In this document: positions 46,865-55,264 of the stretch, one piece after another
How the letters are laid out: each line of letters starts with the position of its first letter
Numbering within the stretch: position 1 is the stretch's first letter
IMG/VR virus record: IMGVR_UViG_3300036779_000075
Span: 1-58,838 of that record
Length of the DNA stretch: 58,838 nucleotides
Strand: one strand, 5' to 3'
Origin: a virus
Lineage: Duplodnaviria > Caudoviricetes
Made by a program: the position numbers and the translations under genes
Notes under the pieces: model-generated
The model's input: the letters and a program-made list of their open reading frames with translations, nothing else
What the model was told of the DNA's origin: nothing
Databases searched by the model: none

Positions 46865-49060
46865 ATGACCGAGACACCCGAGGTCGAGCGGGCCAACGGG
46901 CACGGCCCGATCGTGTCCGGCGCGACCGGGAACGTGCCGGGACAGCGCGAACCCCAGGACGCGCCCCCGCCCGAGTTGTCGCCCGTCCCGGATCCCGATG
47001 ACGAGCCGGCCGACGAACCCGACGACGCTGAGATCCTGATCGACCTCGGCGACCTGCGGGAACTGCTACCCGAGCCGATCCGCGCACCCCGCCGGTTCGT
47101 CGGCCGCCACGCCCGGCACGTCGCCGTCGGCGCCCAGGTGTACGCCGCCCGGCGCCGCGACGCGCGCTCGACCGCCCGGCACGAACGGATGATGCGCGCC
47201 GCCGAAGCCGCAGGCGACCACGCCTCGGCGCTGGAGTGGGAGACCCGCGCCGCCGCGTTCCGCAAGGAACGCCACTCCCGGCGCATGGCGCTGCTGCGCG
47301 CACCGATCTACGCGGCCAAGGCCGCCATCAACCTCGCCGCCCTCACCGCGGGCGCCCTGATCGCGCTCGGGCTGATCCTCGGCGTGACCAGCAAGAACCC
47401 CGCCGAAGCAACCGTGCCGCTGCGCGCGGCGTTCCGCGTGGTGTGGTGGATCTGCTGGGCGATCGACATGGCCTGGCGCCCAGCGCTGGCCGCGACCCCG
47501 GTACTGATCCTGACCGGCCTGTGGGCGCTGGGCCGGGCGCACTCCCCCTCGCCGTCCATGCTGTACGGCGAGGACGACGAGGGCGACGGCCGCGAACTGG
47601 TGCCGGACGAGTCCGCGATCCTCTCCGCGCTGCGCAATCTGAACCTCGGCCCGATGAACAAGGCCGTACGCGAAGGCTGGCGCCCGCGCTGGATCCTCGG
47701 CGCGGTCGAGGACGGCGCCGGCTGGCACTCGCAGCTGCTGCTGCCGCAGGGCGTCACCGTCGAGATGATCAACCGGTACAAGAACACCCTCGCTAGCAAC
47801 CTGCTGCGCAAGCCCATCGAGGTGTGGCCCACCGAGCCGGACAACAAGCCCGGCGTGCTGGACCTGTGGGTGGCCAACCCGAACACCCTGACCGGCCCGG
47901 TGCCGCCGTGGCCGCTGCTGAAGACCGGCACCGCGGACTACTTCAAGGGCGTGCCGGTCGCGCTCTCGCTGCGCGGCGAGCCGATCCGCGCGCAGCTCAT
48001 GGCCCGCAACTACATGATCGGCGGGATCATGGGGACGGGTAAGTCCTCGGCGACCAGGGCGATCGTTCTCGGCGCCGCGCTCGATCCGCTGGTCGAGATC
48101 GAGGTGTACGTCATGGCGTACAACGCCGACTACGACCTGATGCGCCCGCGGCTGCGCGCCCTGGTCAAGGGCGACGAGGACGAGGACATCGAGCAGGCGG
48201 TCAAGGCCCTGCGCCGGCTGCGCTCCGAGGTCACCCGGCGCGGCCAGGTGCTCGAAGAGACCGGTGAGCTCAAGCTCACCCGCGAGCTCGCGCGCCGCGA
48301 CAAGCGGATGCGCCCGCTGGTCGTGGTGTTCGACGAGGTGCACGAGCTGTTCGAGCACAAGCAGTACGGCGAGGAGGCCGCCGAGCTGGCCGTGAAGGTC
48401 CTGAAGAAGGCCCGCAAGTGCGGGATCACGCTGGTGTTCGTGACCGTCTCGCCGACCGCGGCCAGCATCCCGAAGGACGTGACCCGCAACACCTCCAACC
48501 GGGTCGCGTTCGCGGTCGGCGACCACGTCGCCAACGACGGGCTGCTGGGCACCGGCAAGCACAAGGCCGGGGTCACCGCGACCACGCTGAACCCGGCAAC
48601 CGACATCGGCACCTCGCTCACCGTCGGGTTCACCTCCAACCCGTTCGACATCGCGCGCTGGCAGTACGTCACCGACGAGCAGGTGGCGCCCGTCATCGAC
48701 CGGACGTGCAAGGCCCGCGAGGGCACGGAGCGCGCCGCGCTCGACCAGCCGGCGGCGGTCGCGGTCATCGACCCGATCGAGGACGTCGCGGCGATCCTCG
48801 GCGACGCGCCCCGGATGCGCACGCAGGACGTCCTGGAGCGGCTGCGGCTGATGCGCCCGTCGGCGTACGAGGAGCTGGACTTCCCGAAGCTGACCGGGCT
48901 GCTGCGCGCGGTCGACGCCGAGCCGCACAAGTCGTCGGGCATCTCGACGGTCGACGCCCGCAAGGTGCGCGACGCGCTCGACCGGCGCCGCGGCGAGGAC
49001 CCCGGCGGGGGCGACGAGGCGCCGGAAGACGACGAAATCGGCCAGGGAGGCACCCAGTGA
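46865..49060 (+). CDS. traB: FtsK/SpoIIIE-family conjugative DNA translocase (TraB/TraSA-like)
   Basis: Two TM segments, Walker A GIMGTGKS, Walker B VVVFDEVHE, ARKCGI, C-terminal wHTH; GAAGGAGG RBS. Confidence 0.88.
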   Translation: MTETPEVERANGHGPIVSGATGNVPGQREPQDAPPPELSPVPDPDDEPADEPDDAEILIDLGDLRELLPEPIRAPRRFVGRHARHVAVGAQVYAARRRDARSTARHERMMRAAEAAGDHASALEWETRAAAFRKERHSRRMALLRAPIYAAKAAINLAALTAGALIALGLILGVTSKNPAEATVPLRAAFRVVWWICWAIDMAWRPALAATPVLILTGLWALGRAHSPSPSMLYGEDDEGDGRELVPDESAILSALRNLNLGPMNKAVREGWRPRWILGAVEDGAGWHSQLLLPQGVTVEMINRYKNTLASNLLRKPIEVWPTEPDNKPGVLDLWVANPNTLTGPVPPWPLLKTGTADYFKGVPVALSLRGEPIRAQLMARNYMIGGIMGTGKSSATRAIVLGAALDPLVEIEVYVMAYNADYDLMRPRLRALVKGDEDEDIEQAVKALRRLRSEVTRRGQVLEETGELKLTRELARRDKRMRPLVVVFDEVHELFEHKQYGEEAAELAVKVLKKARKCGITLVFVTVSPTAASIPKDVTRNTSNRVAFAVGDHVANDGLLGTGKHKAGVTATTLNPATDIGTSLTVGFTSNPFDIARWQYVTDEQVAPVIDRTCKAREGTERAALDQPAAVAVIDPIEDVAAILGDAPRMRTQDVLERLRLMRPSAYEELDFPKLTGLLRAVDAEPHKSSGISTVDARKVRDALDRRRGEDPGGGDEAPEDDEIGQGGTQ

Positions 49061-49213
49061 GGCAGGGAGTTCTCCCTATCCGCCTCCCTGGCCGCAATCG
49101 ACGCCATGACCTGCGATGACACACCGTTAGGGAGGCAGGGAGGCGAGGGAGGCGGCCGCGCGGTGACCGGTGAAACACCGGTTTTCGCGCATAGGGTCCA
49201 CCTCCCTCCCTGC
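49044..49213. repeat. clt-like locus: 8-bp AGGGAGGC repeats (candidate TraB recognition sequences)
   Basis: Perfect copies at 49044, 49129, 49137, 49146; inverted at 49082; variants at 49056, 49064, 49201-49213. Confidence 0.75.
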
Positions 49214-49253
49214 CCCGATCCGACGTCCACGACCTGACACGGAAGGCCCGATC

Positions 49254-49706
49254 ATGACCCGCCGCCGACCGCTGCGCACCCTCACCCGCAAGGCGCGCCG
49301 AAGCCTCAAGCGCCGCGCCCGGCGGGCCTGGCGCCGCTCACTTCGACGCGCCGTCGCATGGCGCCGCCGGCAGATCGCCCGCCAGGCCCGCGCCCGGCAG
49401 GAGCGCCGGGCCGCGCACGCCGCGGCGCCGGAGCTGTCCGCCCGCTCGATCACCGGCAGGCCGCGCCCCGCGAAGACCGCCGCACCGAGCGCCGCGCCGG
49501 CCAGTGGACCGGCGACCACCAAGCGCACCCGCGACGGGAAGTTCAACGGCTCGAAGTCGACCGGGAAGAAGACCGCGGCGAAGAAGACGGTCGCGAAGAA
49601 GGCCGCCGTCCCGGACGCGCAGCGCGACCTCGCCCGCGGCGACGCTACCCTGCGCCGCGTCGAGGGCCGTCTCGCGCGCACCGAGAAGCGCATCGACAAG
49701 CTCTGA
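49254..49706 (+). CDS. Highly basic Arg/Lys-rich protein
   Basis: GGAAGG RBS; RRR-rich N-terminus, KKTAAKKTVAKKAA. Confidence 0.6.
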   Translation: MTRRRPLRTLTRKARRSLKRRARRAWRRSLRRAVAWRRRQIARQARARQERRAAHAAAPELSARSITGRPRPAKTAAPSAAPASGPATTKRTRDGKFNGSKSTGKKTAAKKTVAKKAAVPDAQRDLARGDATLRRVEGRLARTEKRIDKL

Positions 49707-49742
49707 TCTGACCCCCGATATGTGACCTTATCGAGGGCCAGA
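49707..49742. other. loxP-like recombination site (14-8-14)
   Basis: tctgacccccgata-tgtgacct-tatcgagggccaga; arms 12/14 inverted match; 20 bp upstream of the Cre-like gene. Confidence 0.75.
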
Positions 49743-49762
49743 ACCGAAAGGGATCAGCCGCA

Positions 49763-50794
49763 GTGACCATCGAGGCGTACCGCCCCGCAGAGATCGCTAC
49801 CGCCGCACCGGGTGCGCCCGAGCCGTACGACCCGGAGACCGCCGACCGCCTTGCCGCGCTCGACGCGGCCAGCGACTGGCATGCTGAGCAGATGCGCCCG
49901 GACAACACCCAGAGCGCCTACCGCGACGACTGGAACGCGTGGCTTGAGTTCACCGCCGCGACCGGCCTGCCGCTGACCGCCGCGACGCGCGGCACCTTGC
50001 GCGCGTTCGTCATCTGGCTCTGGGAGGCAGGCCGCGCGCCGACGACGATTGACCGGCGGCTGGCCGGCCTGGTCGTCACCCTGCGGCGCGATCACCGGGT
50101 TGTGATCAACCCTGACGATACGGCGGCCGCGCGGCAGCTGCTCAAGGACTGCGTCCGCAAGTCCGCCGAGTTGCGTGAGGCTCCGCGCGGCCGCGGGCAG
50201 GCAGCGCCGCTGCTGCTCGCCGATCTGCGCAGGATCAGCGCAGCGTGCCCCGACTCGCTCACCGGTATCCGGGATCGGGCGCTCCTGCTGCTCGGGTTCG
50301 CTATCGCCGGGCGCCGCTCGGAGGTCGCCGGGCTCATGGTGCGCGACATCGCCGACGACCCGAACGGGCTCGTGGTCGACGTGCGAGTGTCCAAGACGAA
50401 GCCGCGCGTGGTCGCCGTCCCGTACGGGTCGAATCCGCTCACGTGCCCTGTGCGGGCCTGGCGTGCGTGGTGCGAGGCGGCCGGGCTCGACGGTCCGGAC
50501 GGTCCGGCGTTCCGCCGCGTCGATCGCCACGGGCGGCTACTCGGTGGCCTGTCCGGCGCTGCGGCGGGCGACATCGTGACCCGCGCGGGCGAGCGGGCCG
50601 GAGTTGCGGTGCACCTGACGGGGCACAGCGTGCGCGCGGGTCTGGCGACCGAGGCGAGACGCGCGGGCAAGGACCGCAAGGCCATCGCCGCGGTCACGGG
50701 GCACGTGCCGAACTCGGCCGCGCTCGATCAGTACCTGCGCACGGTGGACCGCTGGTCGGACGAGGACAACGCGCTCATCGGGATCGGGCTCTAG
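49763..50794 (+). CDS. Cre-like tyrosine recombinase (resolvase)
   Basis: NT..AY..DW, RDRALLLLGF...RRSE, SKT, GHSVRAG, TGH, Y. Confidence 0.9.
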   Translation: MTIEAYRPAEIATAAPGAPEPYDPETADRLAALDAASDWHAEQMRPDNTQSAYRDDWNAWLEFTAATGLPLTAATRGTLRAFVIWLWEAGRAPTTIDRRLAGLVVTLRRDHRVVINPDDTAAARQLLKDCVRKSAELREAPRGRGQAAPLLLADLRRISAACPDSLTGIRDRALLLLGFAIAGRRSEVAGLMVRDIADDPNGLVVDVRVSKTKPRVVAVPYGSNPLTCPVRAWRAWCEAAGLDGPDGPAFRRVDRHGRLLGGLSGAAAGDIVTRAGERAGVAVHLTGHSVRAGLATEARRAGKDRKAIAAVTGHVPNSAALDQYLRTVDRWSDEDNALIGIGL

Positions 50795-50807
50795 CTCCAA
50801 AGCGAAA

Positions 50808-50832
50808 CGCCCCGGCCTGGTTGACCGGGGCG
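50808..50832. terminator. Hairpin terminator
   Basis: cgccccgg/ccggggcg; T-rich tail on the - strand. Confidence 0.65.
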
Positions 50833-51066
50833 CTCACTGGGTCGCCGTCCGCCACACGCCTTACGTGGCTTCGAGCCGCACCCTCGCGTCGGGCACCGCG
50901 TGCGTGCCCTCAATTGGTAGCTGTTGTGCCCCGCCTGTCGACCTCATGCCTCCGGCAACGGGGCTAGGACGCCTACCGGACCGCCTAGCGTCGTGCGGCA
51001 TTGTAGCGCGGGCCGCGACAGGACTGGGTCGGACTGCGGCACGGCAGAGTGAATCAGGGTTCTCGG

Positions 51067-51346
51067 TGCGAGTAGATTGCGAGTAGAGGTCAGGTTCGCG
51101 GCCGTTCAGCCGCGGTGATTGCGTACCCTGGCGCAGGGGTGGCGTTCACTATCCCTGCTGGTCACCGTTGACGTCGTGTCAACACACCAGTTCGATAGGT
51201 CGGCCCCGGCGCGCCGCTGTTGAATCTCTCTTATGCATGCGAGAGAGCCGCTCTCTCGCATGCACGCTTGTGACCTGGAGGAACTAGAACAACGCGTTGT
51301 CGGCTGCGGGAAGAATCCGGGCCGCTGCGAGTAGATTGCGAGCAGG
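51067..51346. other. Putative intact attP
   Basis: Arm-type TGCGAGTAGA direct repeats (51067, 51078; 51326, variants 51337, 51305) flanking inverted core gttgac-gtcgt-gtcaac (51167-51183). Confidence 0.65.
51234..51264. terminator. Perfect 14-bp inverted repeat downstream of integrase
   Basis: tgcatgcgagagag-ccg-ctctctcgcatgca. Confidence 0.55.
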
Positions 51347-52621
51347 GCGCCGGGGCGGGCCGTTGCGGCCGAGCAGCCACGCCGCTAGCGCCTCGATCAG
51401 GGTGACCGGCTGCCATTGCTGCCAGACCTGCTCAAGCCACTCGATCAGCTCGGCGCGCATCTCAGGCGTGGGGTGCGCGTAGGTGCCGGGTGCGCCGGCC
51501 GCCGCGTGCCCGAGCCGGTAGTCGCGCATTACCGGGTGGATGCGGCCGTTGTTGAGCAATGCGGCCTGCGTGTGCTTCAAATCGTGCAGGTGCAGCCCGG
51601 CGTGCACGGGCGCGACAGCCTCGCGCGCCCGGCCCCTCGGCGTCACCTCGGCCGCCCTGCCGTCGCAGGCGGGGCGCCAGCGGTCGCGGTTCCAGGCGTC
51701 GTACTGCCGGTAGCCGCCCAGCCTGTTCGGGAACAGGACGTCCTGCTGCTGCGGCAGCGCCGCCAGGTACGCGAGCAGCAGGACGACCAGGAACGGCGGC
51801 AGGTCGATGACCCGGCCCGGCGGGTATCCGGGGCCCAGCGAGCCCGACGCCCCGGACTTCGGGGGGCCGAGGAAGCGGCGCGAGTGCTTGTCCTCGTGTA
51901 CGGCGCCCTTGGCCGGATCGATGACGTAGTAGCCCGCCGCGGCGCGGCTGGCGTCCGCCGCGCGCAGGACGAGGAACCGGCGGCGCATCGCGGCCAACTC
52001 CGACCAGCGCATGCCCGTGAACAGTGCTATCAGGACCATCAGGGCCTCGTCGCCGCGCAGGCGCAGCATGATCTGCTCAACCTGGTCCAGCGGAACGACG
52101 ACGCCCTCGCGCTTGGGCTTGGGTGGCGTGACGGACTCGCGCCCGCGCCGGTCCTTCGGCGGCATGGGCGACACGCTGATCATCTTGTTGCGCACGGCGT
52201 CCGCGAGGCAGTCGCTCAGCGGCGCGGTGATGACGGCGACGGTGGACGCGGCGTACCGGTCGCGCAGGCTGTTGATCCACTCCTCCATCTTCAGTGGGCG
52301 GATCGCGGCCAGCGGTGTACTCCCCCAACGCGGCCCGATGTGCTTGCGCCAGTGCTGCTCGTAGGATTCGCGGGTGTTGGGCCTGTAGCGCTGGACGGGG
52401 AACCACTCCCCCCACCACTCCCCCACGGTGCGCTCGCCGAGCTTGGGGTCGATCCAAGTGCGGGCCCGGATCGCGGCTTCCTGGTCGCGGCCGTACTTGA
52501 GCGCGGTGTCCTTCGTGCGGAAGCCGTCCTCGTAGCCCTCGAGGTGCCGCCCCTTCTCATTGCGCTCGGCGAGCTGCCAGCGCACCCACCACGATCCGTT
52601 GCGCTTGCCGGCGTACGCCAC
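51284..52621 (-). CDS. int: Tyrosine integrase
   Basis: GGAGG RBS + GTG; arm-binding N-domain (GF.TK..A..Y), WIDP..G, TGMRWSE, PPKS, HDLKH, RLGH, TYAH. Confidence 0.92.
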   Translation of the reverse strand: MAYAGKRNGSWWVRWQLAERNEKGRHLEGYEDGFRTKDTALKYGRDQEAAIRARTWIDPKLGERTVGEWWGEWFPVQRYRPNTRESYEQHWRKHIGPRWGSTPLAAIRPLKMEEWINSLRDRYAASTVAVITAPLSDCLADAVRNKMISVSPMPPKDRRGRESVTPPKPKREGVVVPLDQVEQIMLRLRGDEALMVLIALFTGMRWSELAAMRRRFLVLRAADASRAAAGYYVIDPAKGAVHEDKHSRRFLGPPKSGASGSLGPGYPPGRVIDLPPFLVVLLLAYLAALPQQQDVLFPNRLGGYRQYDAWNRDRWRPACDGRAAEVTPRGRAREAVAPVHAGLHLHDLKHTQAALLNNGRIHPVMRDYRLGHAAAGAPGTYAHPTPEMRAELIEWLEQVWQQWQPVTLIEALAAWLLGRNGPPRRPARNLLAAARILPAADNALF

Positions 52622-52640
52622 GGTTCCTCCCTGTCTCGGG

Positions 52641-53279
52641 TCACAGGCACACGGACAGTATGGGTTCGACCCGCAGCAGGATGGGGCACGTGCGTTCCGG
52701 CGTGGGACTCGGGTGCGGGCCGGGCGTCCGGGTCGGCGACGGTGCCGGCTTGGTGGGTACCGCGCTCGGCGTCGGCACCGGGCTTGGTTCGGGACTGGGC
52801 GGTGCGCCGGTCGGCGACTGGCTGGCGGTGGGCGCGGGACTGCGGCGACGGGAGGGGATGGTGGCGCCGGACGGCAGCGGCGGCCTGCCGGAGTGTCCTG
52901 AGTGCGTGCCCGCGGGGTGCGGTGTCGGGCCGGGCGCGGTGATCGCGGCCGACGGGAAAGGGCTTCGCGACATCTGCGGCAGCGCGGCGCGCGGGGCGGC
53001 TCCGGGGTGGGCGAGCACCGCGGCGGTGATGGCCGCTCCCCCGGCGGCGCCGATGAATCCGGCGGCGAGGGTGCGGCCGTGCTCGCGTGCCTGTGCGGGT
53101 ACGACGGCGGCGAGGCCGCCGAGTCCGCCGATGTAGAGCCTGAATTTGCGGCGGCGTTCCTCGGCTTCCTCCCCCGCCGCATCCCCCAGTTCTCGCTGGA
53201 GGTCTTGGATCTCCTGTTGGATCTCGCGCAGCCTGGCCCGGATCTGGCCTCTGCGCTCCTCCCCCATCTCGCCGGTCAC
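52641..53279 (-). CDS. Membrane protein with Pro/Ser/Thr-rich ectodomain
   Basis: Coiled-coil N-terminus, hydrophobic segments, PSP repeats, terminal C...C. Confidence 0.6.
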   Translation of the reverse strand: MTGEMGEERRGQIRARLREIQQEIQDLQRELGDAAGEEAEERRRKFRLYIGGLGGLAAVVPAQAREHGRTLAAGFIGAAGGAAITAAVLAHPGAAPRAALPQMSRSPFPSAAITAPGPTPHPAGTHSGHSGRPPLPSGATIPSRRRSPAPTASQSPTGAPPSPEPSPVPTPSAVPTKPAPSPTRTPGPHPSPTPERTCPILLRVEPILSVCL

Positions 53280-53386
53280 ACCCCACCCCTCCTGACGCCA
53301 TTGTCAGAGTAGAGGGATCAACATACTGCGAAGAGATTGAGTGAGAAAGCGACGATTACAGGGTCACCCGAAAGAGTGACGTAACG

Positions 53387-53581
53387 TTAATCTGCCTGGT
53401 CAGGATCCCGGACGCGCCGCAGCTGCTCCCGCAGCTCATCCACGTCCCAGCGGGCATGGCCGCCCGGCGTGACCAGCGAGGGCGTGACGATGCCCTGGTC
53501 CCACCACCGCGCGAGCGTTGACCGCGCAACGCCGAGGGCTTTCGCGGCGCCACCGGTCGTGAGGAGCTGGCTGTCGGGCAT
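53387..53581 (-). CDS. BldC/MerR-like small HTH protein
   Basis: LLTTGGAAKALGVARSTLARW...TPGGHARW. Confidence 0.8.
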   Translation of the reverse strand: MPDSQLLTTGGAAKALGVARSTLARWWDQGIVTPSLVTPGGHARWDVDELREQLRRVRDPDQAD

Positions 53582-53680
53582 GGCGCGCATCGTTGCGCAC
53601 CGATCGCCTACGTTTCACCTCGAAAGAGACGATTATTAGCGTTTGAGCGTGAATAAGACGTTTGCGGGAGGCTGCTTGGC

Positions 53681-54055
53681 CTAAGCGCCCTCGGCCTGCC
53701 GCTGCTCGCCCTCCCCCAGCCGGTCGAGCAGCTGCCCGGCGATCTCGTTCATGCGCCGGGCCTCCTGGAGCAGTTCCTCGCGCTCGGCGTCCTCGTCCTC
53801 GGCGGGCAGCCATTCGGCGATGGCGGCGCGCCGGACGATCGTGTACGGCTCGCCCAGTGCGGCGGCGACGGCGCGCAGGTGCTTGGCGGCCGGCACCCGG
53901 TTCACGGCGCCTTTCGCGAGGTCGAAGATCAGCCCGGACGAGGCCGTCTCGCCGGTTTCGGGGTCGACGGCGCGCTCGGCCAGCTGCTGGTAGGTCAGGC
54001 CGCGGTCGCGCGCCGCCTGGATCATGTCGCGCAGCGTGGGGGGGCTGCCGGGCAT
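53681..54055 (-). CDS. Immunity repressor (XRE HTH)
   Basis: GLTYQQLAERA...LRAVAAALG; divergent from the Cro-like gene; AGGAG RBS. Confidence 0.75.
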   Translation of the reverse strand: MPGSPPTLRDMIQAARDRGLTYQQLAERAVDPETGETASSGLIFDLAKGAVNRVPAAKHLRAVAAALGEPYTIVRRAAIAEWLPAEDEDAEREELLQEARRMNEIAGQLLDRLGEGEQRQAEGA

Positions 54056-54155
54056 GGTGTCTCCTGTTGTAGGTGGTCCGCCGGGGAGTTCGGGCCTCCG
54101 TTGACAGATTGTCCACGTCTCTGGATGGAAACGCCAGACCTGGCGTGCGATTGCG

Positions 54156-54184
54156 TTGACAGCGCGTCATGACGGGCGTAGCGT
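54156..54184 (+). promoter_or_regulatory. Early rightward promoter
   Basis: TTGACA-17 bp-TAGCGT; repeated (g/a)atggaa motifs at 54123, 54193, 54451 may be operators. Confidence 0.75.
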
Positions 54185-54213
54185 TCGAATCCGGAAATGG
54201 AAGTGGGGGGTAG

Positions 54214-54486
54214 ATGACCCGGTACCAAGCCCGTGACCTTGAGAGGTTGCGCAGGCTCATGGCCGAGCCCCGGCGGATGGTGCCCTACTCGGTCCGCACG
54301 CTCGCCGACGAGGTCGGGGCCAACCGCAGCACGATCGGCTACCTGTTGGCCGGCGAGCGGCAGACCGTGGACGAGACGGTCGCCCGCGGCGTCGCGGAGG
54401 CGTTCGGGTGCTCCGTCGAGGACCTTTTCGAGCCCGCTGTGATCACATGCGGAAATGGAAACACCGAGAGCGGAGAGGCGCAGTGA
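54214..54486 (+). CDS. Cro-like HTH protein
   Basis: SVRTLADEVGANRSTIGYLLAG...VEDLF. Confidence 0.8.
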   Translation: MTRYQARDLERLRRLMAEPRRMVPYSVRTLADEVGANRSTIGYLLAGERQTVDETVARGVAEAFGCSVEDLFEPAVITCGNGNTESGEAQ

Positions 54487-54710
54487 CCCGGACCAAGAGC
54501 AAGCCCCGCCTGCGCGACGCGAACGGCGCCTCCGAGTACGTCGGGGGCGTCAAGACGCCGCGCTGGTTCAAGGACCAGGGGCGCGCGGGCCTGATCAAGG
54601 CCTACCAGATCGGCCAGACCTGGTGCTTCGACGAGGCCGACCTCGACGAGCTGATCGAGAACAGCTTCTGCGACCCGGCGAACTACGGGCGGAGCGCGAA
54701 GGCCAGCTAA
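54483..54710 (+). CDS. Excisionase-like HTH protein
   Basis: GLIKAYQIGQTWCFDEADLDELI. Confidence 0.7.
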   Translation: MTRTKSKPRLRDANGASEYVGGVKTPRWFKDQGRAGLIKAYQIGQTWCFDEADLDELIENSFCDPANYGRSAKAS

Positions 54711-54781
54711 ACGAACGCGCCCACCCCCTGCGACGGGATGGGCGCCTGTGATCAACCGGTAAGTGCTCAACGTCAGAGAGG

Positions 54782-55264
54782 TTGACCGTGTTAGACCAGA
54801 TTAGGCGATTCCGCCGCTCCAGCGCCACCACCGAACCCCCGCCCCGCCGCCACGCGCGCCCGGCCGAAGTCCCGCAGCCGCCCCACGCGGCCCCGGTACC
54901 GGCGCCGGCCGACCTGTACGCCGCCGAGCACCAGTACCTGCCGTCCACGATCGACGGGCTGCGCACACACGCCAAGCGGTGCCTCGGCAAGGCCGCCGAC
55001 GCGCGGATCGAGATCGACGAGCTGTACGACAAGATCGCTCGCTGGGAGGCGGAGGCGGCCGACCACTTCCGCATCGCCGCGCTCGTCGAGTTCGAGAACA
55101 TGCCGAGCCCTCAGTCTGCGGCGCCGGTCCCGGCGATGGGCGCCGACGAATTGGTCAACGGCTGGCAGTCGGGTTTCGAGCGCGCTGTCGAGCCATCCGA
55201 GCGGAACGCCGACCGGGGCGAGGCCGTAACCGAGATCCTGCCCGTCGTCGGCGGTGCGCTGTGA
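54782..55264 (+). CDS. hypothetical protein
   Basis: ORF in early operon; start uncertain. Confidence 0.6.
   Translation: MTVLDQIRRFRRSSATTEPPPRRHARPAEVPQPPHAAPVPAPADLYAAEHQYLPSTIDGLRTHAKRCLGKAADARIEIDELYDKIARWEAEAADHFRIAALVEFENMPSPQSAAPVPAMGADELVNGWQSGFERAVEPSERNADRGEAVTEILPVVGGAL

Larger units (their letters stand above)
41583..50794. mobile_element. Conjugative plasmid/AICE-like module embedded in the phage
   Basis: rep2 + GntR(KorSA-like) + xis + spd-like + DUF2637 + FtsK/TraB + clt repeats + lox-like site + Cre-like recombinase. Confidence 0.75.

Noticed and set aside
46865-49060. Chromosomal ftsK or type VII secretion EccC
   Set aside because: Single ATPase domain with Kor/Spd/clt context and no host housekeeping neighbours; fits TraB.
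41583-50794. ParA/ParB partition system or relaxase/T4SS
   Set aside because: No deviant Walker A ParA, ParB, HUH relaxase or VirB4-like genes were recognised.
52622-53182. N-terminal extension of the integrase in the ORF track
   Set aside because: Low-complexity alternative frame of the upstream membrane gene; GGAGG RBS supports GTG 52621.
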